Numbered from the stretch's first letter, positions 40,901-50,461 are shown. The stretch is 64,000 nucleotides of DNA from Patescibacteria group bacterium (GCA_016861265.1 BOLA01000001.1:139569-203568), one strand, 5' to 3'. Notes: generated by a model not told the origin, from the sequence alone. Numbers and translations: made by a program.

Positions 40901-43900
40901 GTCTCGACCTCCTAAAGCCCCAACGTTCAATTCGGTAAAGTTTGTAGTAGTTGTAATATAACGAATGTTACTTCTTGTGGGAGGTACATTTACTCTATCA
41001 TTTTCAAATCTCACACACCTAACAAGAGGATCAGTTTGACCATTGCTTCCAACGGGAGTGTAGTTAAATGTCGAATCATCACAACTTTGATCCTGTGTAT
41101 AGGTAATAGTCCAGCCTGAAGGTGCAACTACAGAACCTATAACAAAATCTTGATTTTCTCTGATCGGAAAGTATGTAACTGCTTGATTAGAGTTTGGTCC
41201 AAGATTATTATGACTCATTACCCAGCTTAGAATCGATCCAATTTTAGTCTGGGTTAATGAACCTGTGGCTTTATCTTTACCCACGATTGTTGCACTAAAG
41301 TCACTATTCCCACCTTCACCTCCTGATGGGGGTATGTCGCTTCCCGTATTTCCTCCACCAGTATTATCGGTTTCTGCAACTGCCTGAAAGAGTGTCTCTG
41401 ACTGACTTGGTCTCATCCAAAAATTTATTAAGTCATGTCTTGGTTCATAATATGCTCTAATATGATGGACTCCTTCGTCTATATTAAAAGGCTGGACTGG
41501 ATCGTCAGATGTGTTTATAGTTATTTCCGCATCACCATTGGCATCCACTTGATCCCAGCCAATTTCAGATCCTCCTATTCTAAATCTTACCCAGCCAGTA
41601 AGTTCAACAGGCGAATTTGGTCCGACTGTAAAATTAGGAAGAGACACATGTGCACTTAAAGTAACCTGATCCCCTTTTACCACCGAATCATCCGAAGATT
41701 GTAAGGTTGTAAAGGTTTGTATTGCATAAATTACCTGATAGTAACCAATAGAAGCGCTTGTTGTGTAGTTATTATCCCCTAAATATTCCGCATGAATAGT
41801 ATAGCCACCTGGATATAAATCCCTTAGTGTAAATGTTACCTCTCCGTTACCATCTAAGGTTGCGGTAGCTAGAACATTGTAATCACCACTACAGCAGAGG
41901 TCATGTCTTAACTCTACATCACCTGTTGGAATCTCAGATGGATTATTTGGGTCGCTAACACTCACAGTAATTACAACATCTTCTCCTGTAACCTGACCAT
42001 ATGGATTTGGTGTAACAGACGTAATTGTTGTCTGTGAATCTAAGTAACCCCCTGGTGCGCTAGTAACATTAATTGTACCTAAAGTACCATTGCAGCCAGC
42101 ATAATTTTCATCACCTGAATAATATATTGTTACAGTATAAGTTCCAGGGTTAAGAATAGTGAAGTCATGACTTGCGTTAGCAACACCATCGAGCAATGAT
42201 TCTGAAATCGGCAAGCCATTAGCACGAATTTCTACATATCCAGTAGGATATGGAGGTGGATTGTCAGGGTTTCCGTCAATCCATGCATTTGTATGAATTG
42301 CATTTCCTGCTGTTATAGTGGTTAAATCCAAATCTCCTCCGGCCACACAAGCCATACTTCCTGCAGTATTCAAAGGTATATAGTCAAATTCAAGAAATTG
42401 ATATAGGAATGTACTTGATGTTACATATAAGTTGTAGTCATTATCTAGAAGAATATCTACTATACTACCTACATCGTCCACGTCTAATACTTGGCTATTT
42501 CCCTGTGTGTTAAACCAGACCAATTGTGTATTCAAAAAGTCACTCGATGCAAAAATACCGCTGTTATTCTGAATGTATATGTCTGTAATCGGCAATCCAG
42601 TGAATATTGCATCTGTAAATTCGTTGTCTAGAATTATCGACCCTGTTTCGGTATTAAGACCCACAAACTGATGTACTATTCCGTTACTGGATGAATTGCT
42701 TCCGGATATATACAAATCGACATTATCATCGTAACGTTCCTCAATAAATATGTCAGTTGGGGTTATAAAAGTATCAAAGTTATAGCCGGTTAAATCCATA
42801 CTATAGGCTATATTTGCAAAGTCAGCAGCTAAAAGTCCATAAACATTATTACCGCATTGCAAAATCGCATCTCCTGAATTTACGATTCTTATTCTCGCAG
42901 AACATGTGCCAGGAAAGTCAAAGTTTTTTGAAACCAAGTTACCCGAATTATAAATTCCGGATTGGAACTCTATTAACATCGTATTATTAAAGGATTGACT
43001 TATTACAAATACATCACCGTTATTTCTTACTGCAAAGTCCACACTACCCGAAAAGGATGTCTGAGTATCGTAGGCATAGTCAAAATTCTGACTATCATAA
43101 TCGAAGTGCATAACAAACGTATAACCTCCTGGCCCGGTTGTTAAAAAGTAAACACCATCGGTTCCATAATTTTTATCTGCTGTAAGGGCATAAATACCAC
43201 TATAGTCGTTAGGTAAAGGATAATAATTATTTCCGGCATAAAGTCTATTCGAGTCTGTTGCCGCAAAAAAGATTCCATTATCCATAACAGTCTCAGTAAA
43301 AGCTTCTCCGATTTCAACTGTGGTATTGTTATTTAAGCCTGTATTATTCAAATAACGTTCACATCTTGTATAGTTTTCGATATATGGTGGAGTATCTGTT
43401 ATACAGGCATCCAAAACTTGTGCAGGTTGATAGTCATGTTCATATTGCTGAAAATCTATATTTTCTGAAGTCACATATAAGTAATTTGCATCATCTATTG
43501 CCAAATCTGTTAAGAAACTATCGGCTACATCTAGATCAAAGGCATGCTCAGTTCCGTCGGCGGTAAACAGTGCTATCTGATTTGTTGATCCGGGAGGTAT
43601 AGCAAATACGTTTCCATAATTATCTACTGCAATTGATGTAAATTCATAGGAACTATAAGCACCATAGGTTGATGTATAGTTAATCAATGTTCCATTTATA
43701 TTTGCATTTAAATCAATATCAGGAAGTTTTAATACTGTTGAAGTTACTGTAGAATCTCCACCAGAAATATATAGATCAGTAACTCCAGGGGAGCTATTTT
43801 TTACAAAAATATCGTTTGCATAATATAAATCATCTTGAGAGATATCTCTGAACGCACTTGTACTGTAATTGCCCCCATCGTAGTCAATAACTCTCAATTC

Positions 43901-45544
43901 AGATTCAGCTACAGCATATAGATTATTATCCTCATCAACGCCTAATAGTGGATAGTCGTAGGAACTAAAATTAAAGTCCGGATCAATTGTTACCGGGTTT
44001 AAGTAGTCACCAAAAGGGAATAATGTTAATGATGTTAATCCTGGTCCATCGCTATTAATAGTCACTATATTTCCGTCAAAGTCCATTACCATATCAACTG
44101 CGAATTCCTGTCCATTAGGCAATGGTAGTGCACTGTCAAAAACAGAATTTTCAATATCATAAATTAATATCGACTGCCCTCCGCCAATATTGTCGTCCTC
44201 CTCGAATAGAATGTACAAGTAATTCCCGTCTAGACTTGCAACCATGGTTTCTGCATATAAATAACCGGAAGGAAATTCATCGAATACGCCATTAAAGTCG
44301 TTATATATACCACCTCCACCCATATAGTCTTTTCTTAATACCATAATCCCCTTATTAGTAAATACCGATTCTACAGAATCAAAGGCGGAAGCATTAGCAA
44401 CATCAAATGAATATATCCACCTTTCACATCTGTTGCCATTTTGAACATAGGGTGGAGAATCCACTGGACAAACGGCTCCTCCGCTTATAGTCAGAGTGAA
44501 TTTATAAAAGTCTCTATAGTAGGAACTAAACACCATTGTATTATTACCCATGTAATCAACCGACATAAATGACACGTCGGTTAATATATTCGATTGTGTA
44601 TCTGCCGGATAACCAATATTAAATTTAATCAGATTATCGTACTGCACGGCAAAGATATAATCATCATTTACAGTAAAATCGGTAATGTAACCAGGATTAA
44701 CGTATGTCTGTTGAAGGCTAAATGCTCCGTTATATTGGTAAATATTGTAATCACAGTTGTCTGAGATATAAAAGGAGTTACTCCTATAGACAATCTTTTC
44801 AGAACAATCTGAAACAGAACTTATATCATATTCAGTAACATTAAATGAGTCGTTCCCATTAAATTGTTGAACATAACCATCTCCAAATAGTACGTAAGGG
44901 GAATTATTAATTTCATTAAAAGTTAATGAGTTTGGGTAAGTTCTTCCATTAGTAAAGCTGTATGTTTCGGCATTTCCATAGTCACTAATCGGAAGCCTAA
45001 CCATTATTGTTTCTTGAGTTGCATATAAATCACCAGACGAAGAATCTAATACTAATCCGGTAATATCTTCATCGCTAAGCGTCACATTCGAGATTAAATA
45101 TGTACTTGGACTACAGCTATCGAAAGGGTATACGTTTAAATTATTAAGCATTGCATCTAGAATATAAACATTACCATCATCGTCTACTGTTACCGCATTA
45201 TTACTTAAGCCGTAATCGATACCTGTATCACAGACATTATATTGATTATAGTCAGAAGGATTATAGTGAGAATTAATTTGAAAATATGAACTACTCCATT
45301 GATTTGTAAGAGTTACAAATCTGTCTGAACCATCTTTTAGAGTATGAATAGACTTAACACCATTAGTAGCTACTCCTCCCACTCCTGTACCAACTAAAGT
45401 ATCCGCCTGAGTAAATTGAAATCTATTTATATCACTAATAAAAAACGAGAGAATAATTCCGACAACACTAAAAGCTACAAAAAGTAACCGCGAATATTTA
45501 GTGAGGGATTTATTAATATGTTTAACTCGAGTCCGAAAATTCAT
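37991..45544 (-). CDS. Giant (2517 aa) cell-surface protein with an N-terminal signal anchor, beta-rich repeats, three Ig-like (Big_3-type) repeats, a T/V/A-rich stalk and a C-terminal anchoring region of TM helices interleaved with two carboxypeptidase-regulatory-like domains.
   Basis: Ig-like repeat pattern G.V.(L/I)...G..L...TLD.NG.....L..GG(Y)TI.A.Y.GD.NY. C-terminal TM segments and CarbopepD_reg-like blocks (GIIFDD...DLDGRYRL ; GKVIDVDF...NSKGEARFDLPAGEYSILASKRGY). Confidence 0.7.
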   Translation of the reverse strand: MNFRTRVKHINKSLTKYSRLLFVAFSVVGIILSFFISDINRFQFTQADTLVGTGVGGVATNGVKSIHTLKDGSDRFVTLTNQWSSSYFQINSHYNPSDYNQYNVCDTGIDYGLSNNAVTVDDDGNVYILDAMLNNLNVYPFDSCSPSTYLISNVTLSDEDITGLVLDSSSGDLYATQETIMVRLPISDYGNAETYSFTNGRTYPNSLTFNEINNSPYVLFGDGYVQQFNGNDSFNVTEYDISSVSDCSEKIVYRSNSFYISDNCDYNIYQYNGAFSLQQTYVNPGYITDFTVNDDYIFAVQYDNLIKFNIGYPADTQSNILTDVSFMSVDYMGNNTMVFSSYYRDFYKFTLTISGGAVCPVDSPPYVQNGNRCERWIYSFDVANASAFDSVESVFTNKGIMVLRKDYMGGGGIYNDFNGVFDEFPSGYLYAETMVASLDGNYLYILFEEDDNIGGGQSILIYDIENSVFDSALPLPNGQEFAVDMVMDFDGNIVTINSDGPGLTSLTLFPFGDYLNPVTIDPDFNFSSYDYPLLGVDEDNNLYAVAESELRVIDYDGGNYSTSAFRDISQDDLYYANDIFVKNSSPGVTDLYISGGDSTVTSTVLKLPDIDLNANINGTLINYTSTYGAYSSYEFTSIAVDNYGNVFAIPPGSTNQIALFTADGTEHAFDLDVADSFLTDLAIDDANYLYVTSENIDFQQYEHDYQPAQVLDACITDTPPYIENYTRCERYLNNTGLNNNTTVEIGEAFTETVMDNGIFFAATDSNRLYAGNNYYPLPNDYSGIYALTADKNYGTDGVYFLTTGPGGYTFVMHFDYDSQNFDYAYDTQTSFSGSVDFAVRNNGDVFVISQSFNNTMLIEFQSGIYNSGNLVSKNFDFPGTCSARIRIVNSGDAILQCGNNVYGLLAADFANIAYSMDLTGYNFDTFITPTDIFIEERYDDNVDLYISGSNSSSNGIVHQFVGLNTETGSIILDNEFTDAIFTGLPITDIYIQNNSGIFASSDFLNTQLVWFNTQGNSQVLDVDDVGSIVDILLDNDYNLYVTSSTFLYQFLEFDYIPLNTAGSMACVAGGDLDLTTITAGNAIHTNAWIDGNPDNPPPYPTGYVEIRANGLPISESLLDGVANASHDFTILNPGTYTVTIYYSGDENYAGCNGTLGTINVTSAPGGYLDSQTTITSVTPNPYGQVTGEDVVITVSVSDPNNPSEIPTGDVELRHDLCCSGDYNVLATATLDGNGEVTFTLRDLYPGGYTIHAEYLGDNNYTTSASIGYYQVIYAIQTFTTLQSSDDSVVKGDQVTLSAHVSLPNFTVGPNSPVELTGWVRFRIGGSEIGWDQVDANGDAEITINTSDDPVQPFNIDEGVHHIRAYYEPRHDLINFWMRPSQSETLFQAVAETDNTGGGNTGSDIPPSGGEGGNSDFSATIVGKDKATGSLTQTKIGSILSWVMSHNNLGPNSNQAVTYFPIRENQDFVIGSVVAPSGWTITYTQDQSCDDSTFNYTPVGSNGQTDPLVRCVRFENDRVNVPPTRSNIRYITTTTNFTELNVGALGGRDVYEVVPYNNKLFYFNHHWLVDRSMVDPLKTMFCFDLEINDTCVSKNPAIVYPVVMGQDGFSDIDDEYISSKTSFAVNAEIVNDKMYIPMTDVNFKDGVGNGHGFLCWDLLLDFYCSSTAYIKQGMIVLGNVALNAWGWGNIGDVEYNPDMQEIYSINVGDNNGYMQLLCYSIANNAPCVGQPYQMGTIQAYDPGWSVTKYQHSTGRIYSTSGGNSGYLDRQLQCMIAATKQICSDFPNEGIQVLPDKPNQSVFINQQDEMCVFIYSDGGGVVTATSPRIFCYDLDSESFYDYLPILATSHLTGDMFHDFEGPYPDGRIYFMSRWTETVIQCYEIESNSECPGWEGGKTAYQPPFDEQIYTMTYAFGCMWAASDSGRVFTFDEDTGEYCNPLITLSEGSVAVSLDANDMFCATDPDDISWNKVKVLDSGTSPSPALLGTSVYDSSQCSTDENNVITCTGTPLKSGNLLLNSGHELDISDIDYNSHKSLTAILEFQYPSVPTPAPGFYIELNPTNKAQMCAETKLMFTGALCANPITTVCENTNISYVNDPVSNNNGGQYCLNVETYFGKDANSSLCFVAATPQQRIFTVFNPNATVSTGSPTDFNPEETYNRGSESYSFGNGFFGFVQNIIETTIPQIINQDTVKNAVQSFGTQTPLAVTAVTAVTTATVVATSVVTAGSGIGQIFGVLLGFFSPRKRKYWGIIFDDLTNKPVAFASITLSIKEIGRDNQMKSTVITQAVSDLDGRYRLNTDQRDKFYLEVKASGYQPYTKFISMANPLNSAEDIVYDIPLRRIDAKESMFKSLFSYKKKGFINFARAVLLFTSIIGFLFTIYSQINFPDNLNLILLVVYVLIFIISFYPSIYTRIQKRGKVIDVDFNSPIPGAVVRIYDTKQQIALSLTNSKGEARFDLPAGEYSILASKRGYIMVAEPGKQLIKAILKAEGYLDQNILLKRIEESPTQSTGGLDNPFS

Positions 45545-45601
45545 ACTAATTCAGAATATCAAAAACTTGTGCTTAATGGAATATCTAATAGTCAATACTC
45601 A

Positions 45602-46696
45602 TCACTTTTCCCGGAATTTGAATGCAGGTAGGTTTTGAGTCTGCACTTCAACTAAGTATGTATGAAAATTATGTTTGGCTTCTTCAATTACTACAGCATA
45701 TGTTCCTACAGGAATTGGAGTGCCTGTAGTAAACTTACCGTCTGCACTACTCTTTGTTCTATAGATTACATTTTTTTGTCTGTTAACAAAAGAAACTAAA
45801 GCGTTAGGAATTGGGATGTCTCTTTTATCCACAATAATTCCATTAATTATTTTTCCCTGAACGGTAGTAGTCTGTAAGTTCTGATTTCTAATTACAGGTT
45901 GTACATTATTTACATTTAATTGAGAACCATCTAATACTTTAATTTCTCTATATAAATCATTAATTCTAGACATTATCTGTTCTTCTTTATCTCTATATGA
46001 ACTATCTTTTGCGAGCATAGATAACTGATATTTTAAATCCTCAATTTGCTTTTTATAAGATTGAACTCTGTTTTCGCTACTTTGTTCGGCCTTAGGTTTG
46101 TCTACGAATTCCTGCTGATACAAATTTTCTAATACAGAATCTTTTGTACGATTGAACAACCCTTCACCAAAAACGTCTTCGTATACTCTTACGAAATTAT
46201 CTTCTGAAGTTTGGTCAGGTTTTAAATCAATATCTCTTGATATAGTTTGATTTGTCTGTATTGCAGCTGCAGGAGCATTCTTGGTATAAGAACTGCCGTA
46301 AATTTGCTTAAGATCAATTTTATCTATATCTAATTTATTTGTTTTTCTTGCTGCGCCAACTTTCATGTCTTTAGCAGTTGTGGTTGTCACTTCCTTTGCC
46401 CTAAGTATATCGGGTGGGTTTGCCTCTCTGATCCAAACATATCTTGGTGAAATAAATAATGCCTTAACAAATCCAGATAACCATGTGCCTAAAGCCGGAG
46501 TTACCGCCATTCCAATCCCTAAAACTACACTAATAAAAGACAATGGATATTTTATAATTGCCGGTACAGGTAAAAGAAAAAGCACAACTCCAATTAATGC
46601 CCCTATAAGAATCTTGGAAAATTGTTTTAATGTAAAACTTCCGAATAACTTAAATTCTACTTCAATAACATTTTGTGGAACCGGATGTTGAGTCAT
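45602..46696 (-). CDS. Membrane protein with a PrgI-like N-terminal 2-TM region and a C-terminal carboxypeptidase-regulatory-like domain.
   Basis: The N-terminus EFKLFGSFTLKQFSKILIGALIGVVLF resembles the PrgI/TcpE family FG.FT.RQ motif. The C-terminus GKIINGIIVDKRDIPIPNALVSFVN...SSADGKFT...GTYAVVIEE is the same domain type as the giant protein's C-terminus. Confidence 0.4.
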   Translation of the reverse strand: MTQHPVPQNVIEVEFKLFGSFTLKQFSKILIGALIGVVLFLLPVPAIIKYPLSFISVVLGIGMAVTPALGTWLSGFVKALFISPRYVWIREANPPDILRAKEVTTTTAKDMKVGAARKTNKLDIDKIDLKQIYGSSYTKNAPAAAIQTNQTISRDIDLKPDQTSEDNFVRVYEDVFGEGLFNRTKDSVLENLYQQEFVDKPKAEQSSENRVQSYKKQIEDLKYQLSMLAKDSSYRDKEEQIMSRINDLYREIKVLDGSQLNVNNVQPVIRNQNLQTTTVQGKIINGIIVDKRDIPIPNALVSFVNRQKNVIYRTKSSADGKFTTGTPIPVGTYAVVIEEAKHNFHTYLVEVQTQNLPAFKFREK

Positions 46697-46735
46697 ACCA
46701 ACAGTTTAAATTTATTAATACTAAGTTACAAGTTA

Positions 46736-48037
46736 TTATTCTACACCAACATACTCTACTTTATAAATTGCATTTGCTGAATCGTCCGAAATAAACATAT
46801 CACCGTTCTTATCAAACTTTACATCTACAGGTCTTCCCCATACGCTGTTGTTAGTTACCCAACCTGTAATAAAATTAACTTCCTTAGAATTTGCCTCTGA
46901 AGTATTCAATCTTACTATCTTGTATCCAGTTGGAGTTGTTCTATTCCAGGATCCATGAAATGCAATAAACAAGTCATTTGAAAAATCCAATTGAGGAAAC
47001 TTTACTCTTTGAGTTAAGTCATCATTAACTAGGAAGGTTAAACCAAGGGGTGCGGAGTGTGCCTGTAGTCCAAAAGTATTACCTTCTGTTTCTGTTTTGC
47101 AGTAACCAGAACGTTCTGGATATTCTGGATTATTAATTCCACTACCGTAACAATAAGGCCAACCATAATCTCGACCTTCTTTTATAATATTAACTTCTTC
47201 AGGAGGAAGATCGTCACCTATTAAGTCCCTTCCGTTATCTACACCCCATATTGTAAAAGCATTAGGTGTTGCCTTAAATACAAAGTCAACAGTATTTCTT
47301 AAGCCAGTTGCAAACACTTTTAGATTACTCCCATCAAGATCTGCCTGAAGCATTGTTGCTCTACGCTCATCGGTTTCTAAACATAAGTTACAAGAAGAAC
47401 CAACTGTAATATACATCTTTTGGTCCGGTCCTATTTTTACTGTTCTTGTTTTATGCGATGCAGGACTAACAGATGTTGGGAGATTATCAACTAATATTAT
47501 TTTGTCTGAGTAAGTTCCATCTTCTAATAAATTTTTATATACGATTATCTTATCCTGAGTACCTACATAAAGATCACCGTTGTAAAAATCTACACTACTA
47601 GGCTGATTTAGATTTGTATCAACAGTTGCAACTTCTTCAACATAGTCATTAGATGTAACCGATTTATAAAGTTTAATTGAACTTGAGCCCCTATCTGCAA
47701 TTATTAGTGTTCCTGAATTAGTCCAGTCTATTTGTCTAGGATTATCCAATTCAGCAGCCCATAAACTTATTTTAAAATCTATTGGCAGACTTAAAGTTCT
47801 GGCTTCCGCAAAGACTCCCTTTTTATATCTTTCCGGTACACTAACTTTCTGCTCTTGTAATTGAGTGTATTTATCTTGTAGTACGTCTGTATTCTGGTTG
47901 TTTGCTACCAATTGAGATTCATCTAAATTTCCTGAAAAAACCGATGTGTTTTTGGCCAGAAAGTAGACTGCAAGACCAACAAAAATTACAACAAGTAGAA
48001 ATAGTACTAATAAAGAGATCCTGAGTGTTTTTTTCAT
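46736..48037 (-). CDS. Membrane-anchored PQQ-dependent sugar (glucose/sorbosone) dehydrogenase-family beta-propeller protein.
   Basis: N-terminal TM, then GSDH-like blocks (GRDYGWPYCYG, HSAPLGLTF, GRPVDVKFDKNGDMFISDDSANAIYKV). Confidence 0.55.
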   Translation of the reverse strand: MKKTLRISLLVLFLLVVIFVGLAVYFLAKNTSVFSGNLDESQLVANNQNTDVLQDKYTQLQEQKVSVPERYKKGVFAEARTLSLPIDFKISLWAAELDNPRQIDWTNSGTLIIADRGSSSIKLYKSVTSNDYVEEVATVDTNLNQPSSVDFYNGDLYVGTQDKIIVYKNLLEDGTYSDKIILVDNLPTSVSPASHKTRTVKIGPDQKMYITVGSSCNLCLETDERRATMLQADLDGSNLKVFATGLRNTVDFVFKATPNAFTIWGVDNGRDLIGDDLPPEEVNIIKEGRDYGWPYCYGSGINNPEYPERSGYCKTETEGNTFGLQAHSAPLGLTFLVNDDLTQRVKFPQLDFSNDLFIAFHGSWNRTTPTGYKIVRLNTSEANSKEVNFITGWVTNNSVWGRPVDVKFDKNGDMFISDDSANAIYKVEYVGVE

Positions 48038-48167
48038 TTTTTTAATTTAACTAACTTAGTTTATCAGCTTTACGGGCATTTTTTAACCTAAATAAGTGTT
48101 ATCAAAATATAGTGACATTTGTATGTAAAGATGATATACTATATTTGTACGGGTAAGGAGGTGTTCA

Positions 48168-48410
48168 ATGAATCTTAGTTTTCAAAGCGTCGTTTCGTAC
48201 CGTTGGATTGAACACATGCTCGCAGCCGGTCAGAAGCTACCCAAAGTCGATGAACTGAGGGAGTTCTTCAAAGACATGCAAGCAGAAGCCAAACCAGAAA
48301 AGGTTTGGGCTACGTCGTTGTTAGGGCGGGGATGCATATACTTCCCCAAGCAAGACGTGTTTGAATTTCCGACAAAATCGGACGAGACGGCAAGCCTGTA
48401 CACCGAATAG
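48168..48410 (+). CDS. Small hypothetical protein (80 aa), paralog 1, in a high-GC island.
   Basis: Strong SD AAGGAGGTG 7 nt upstream of the ATG. About 50% GC. Homologous to 48522-48725 (G.KLPKV.EL ... VWAT..LG ... F.FP). Confidence 0.5.
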   Translation: MNLSFQSVVSYRWIEHMLAAGQKLPKVDELREFFKDMQAEAKPEKVWATSLLGRGCIYFPKQDVFEFPTKSDETASLYTE

Positions 48411-48415
48411 GTGTT

Positions 48416-48440
48416 GGGTGGCTGGTTGATCCAGCCACCC
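48416..48440 (+). other. Perfect 10-bp-stem hairpin gggtggctgg-ttgat-ccagccaccc between the two small paralogs, with no U-tract.
   Basis: Read directly from the sequence. It is followed by a -10-like tataatataat and GGGAGG SD of the second paralog. Confidence 0.4.
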
Positions 48441-48521
48441 ACCCTAACCCCCAATCTCCGATTGATTTTTCTATATAACTGTAATATAATCATTAAGTAT
48501 TAGTCTTCCAGGGAGGTAACT

Positions 48522-48725
48522 ATGGTCGACTACCAAACTCTTGAGCAATTGGTTGCAAAAGGAGAGCAGCTCCCAAAGGTCGCTGAACTTGAGGCGAATG
48601 GTTATAAAGGTGATGCTGTTTGGGCAACAAATGCCCTAGGTGAAATTGTCATGTTCAATCCGAACGATGAGAGTTTTACCTTTCCCCATATGTCTACCGA
48701 TTCCGCTCAACTCATTGCTGCGTAA
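48522..48725 (+). CDS. Small hypothetical protein (67 aa), paralog 2, in a high-GC island.
   Basis: GGGAGG SD 6 nt upstream of the ATG. Shares conserved blocks with the 48168-48410 product. Confidence 0.5.
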   Translation: MVDYQTLEQLVAKGEQLPKVAELEANGYKGDAVWATNALGEIVMFNPNDESFTFPHMSTDSAQLIAA

Positions 48726-48763
48726 GCAGCTCATGGAGCAGAAAACACTCTGCTCCATAAATT

Positions 48764-50143
48764 TTAAATTTCCATAAACGACTTATACAGTTCTGAATTC
48801 TCTAATTCATTAAAGATATCTTCCTGTTTGTAAGATGATTGAAACCATAATGCAGGAGGAGTACTTTCATATAGTTTTTTATACTCAACTATTACATCAG
48901 ATATCGTAGCCTTTTTAGCTTCATCAATAGATTTAGCATAATCAAAATTATAAATTCCCATTCCAATAAAATGGTTATATCCCCAATCGAATGTATAATT
49001 AGGATTTACCTCAGAAGGAGGATAGAAAATATAATTGCTTACATGGCTTTTAAACCATAGGCCACCTTTTTTTGACGTTAAATAATCGACAACATTATCC
49101 TTTAGTATGGAATTCAAGGCGTTAAATGAGTTTAGAATATTCTCCTTTTTAACAATCATTTTTATGCCTCTCAACCTTAAATCCCAACAATATATACTAT
49201 TAAAGACTTCAGCGGAATAAACATAGTTATGTCTTTCTCTTAAAATTTCCCTAGCAACGTAGCCCAATGCTCCATCTACTAAATATCGTAATACATTATT
49301 CCTATAACCAGAAGTATCTTTTAAAGATTGAACATAGTTTAAACTAAAGAATAGACCTTGTTGCGAGTCTTCGAAAAAATGTTGCTTCTTAAATACGGGC
49401 TTATATATTTGAGATTCGTAAGTTACTTTATCACCTTCGAAAAGAGTTATTGATTCAGCAAAATTATCTAATTCTTTTAGTAATTCTTTTGTTGGCTCCA
49501 AATTTGACTGAATTGCAAAGTAACAATTGTTAACATTAAATACTTTTCTAATAAAAGTTTCTATATGTTGACTACCAATGCTATTAATAGTCGCAGGAAT
49601 TCCTAAGTTTCTTTTTGCAAAATCAGGGCATATGTCGCCTATCATGAATTTGTCGTACGCTATCGAGCTGTCTTTTTCTATAGGCTTATATCTGTGTTCT
49701 TCCGCTAGAATTACACCTCTTTCTTCTTCAATATATTTATTTATATTGGAGAATTTGATTTGAAGCTGGTACTTTAAGTAGTTGAGCATTCTAAGGAATC
49801 CCTTAGAATTACTTTCTAGATTAAACCAGACTTCTTTTCTACTTGTAGCGGCATTACTGTAAATTGAAGGTTTTACTCTGTTTCCAAACTTATAATCGTT
49901 CATTCGATCCTGGGTTTTTAGGGTTGAGTTTGGATTACATAATAGGTGTTCCGCAAAGTGTGCAGTACCATCGGGAACATTTAGACTAGATTCAATTTGT
50001 GATCCTCCCAACGTAGAAAAAGCAAAATAAGTCTTATATATATCAGGTTTGAAGGTATAGTAAACTTTTAAACCATTATTGGTTTCAAAAATATAATTAG
50101 TGGCGAAATAATATTTATCTTTCCATTTTTCTATAAGTCGCAT
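48764..50143 (-). CDS. M16 (pitrilysin/insulinase)-like metallopeptidase, single chain.
   Basis: Inverted zinc motif HxxEH in GTAHFAEHLLC near residue 60; about 460 aa, consistent with an M16 N-plus-C domain pair. Confidence 0.45.
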   Translation of the reverse strand: MRLIEKWKDKYYFATNYIFETNNGLKVYYTFKPDIYKTYFAFSTLGGSQIESSLNVPDGTAHFAEHLLCNPNSTLKTQDRMNDYKFGNRVKPSIYSNAATSRKEVWFNLESNSKGFLRMLNYLKYQLQIKFSNINKYIEEERGVILAEEHRYKPIEKDSSIAYDKFMIGDICPDFAKRNLGIPATINSIGSQHIETFIRKVFNVNNCYFAIQSNLEPTKELLKELDNFAESITLFEGDKVTYESQIYKPVFKKQHFFEDSQQGLFFSLNYVQSLKDTSGYRNNVLRYLVDGALGYVAREILRERHNYVYSAEVFNSIYCWDLRLRGIKMIVKKENILNSFNALNSILKDNVVDYLTSKKGGLWFKSHVSNYIFYPPSEVNPNYTFDWGYNHFIGMGIYNFDYAKSIDEAKKATISDVIVEYKKLYESTPPALWFQSSYKQEDIFNELENSELYKSFMEI

Positions 50144-50207
50144 ATGCTCTTTTTAAAGCTAATACTAAATTATATCAAAGGAAATTGGTTTGAAGTTTAA
50201 ATTGGGG

Positions 50208-50230
50208 GGGTGAGACACATGGCCTCACCC
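50208..50230 (-). terminator. Hairpin gggtgag-acacatggc-ctcaccc downstream of the small high-GC ORF.
   Basis: Read directly from the sequence. Confidence 0.35.
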
Positions 50231-50236
50231 ATACCC

Positions 50237-50461
50237 TTATGATTGCTCTTTCGCAGAGCCAATCCAGCGCAGAGCAAAGCCCTGCAACAGGAGGAAAGCA
50301 CTTCCGATGAGCGTGACAATTCCCAGATCTTGCTTCGACATAAATCCATCGAAGAAGTATCTTTCCGGTGTGCTTACAGTAGTATTAAAGAAGACTACGA
50401 ACACCAGAAGTACACCAGCAAAGATCATGAGACCACCCACCATACGCATACGAGTTTTCAT
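50237..50461 (-). CDS. Small 2-TM membrane protein (start at MKTRMRMVGG), in a high-GC segment.
   Basis: Strong SD AGGGAGGG 6 nt upstream of the internal ATG. GC above 50%. The ORF-track N-terminal extension is unlikely. Confidence 0.45.
   Translation of the reverse strand: MKTRMRMVGGLMIFAGVLLVFVVFFNTTVSTPERYFFDGFMSKQDLGIVTLIGSAFLLLQGFALRWIGSAKEQS

Noticed and set aside
48416-48440. Hairpin between the two small paralogs as a rho-independent terminator.
   Set aside because: The stem is perfect but no downstream U-tract follows (it is followed by accctaaccccc). It is more likely an attenuator, a processing site, or part of the inserted element's structure.
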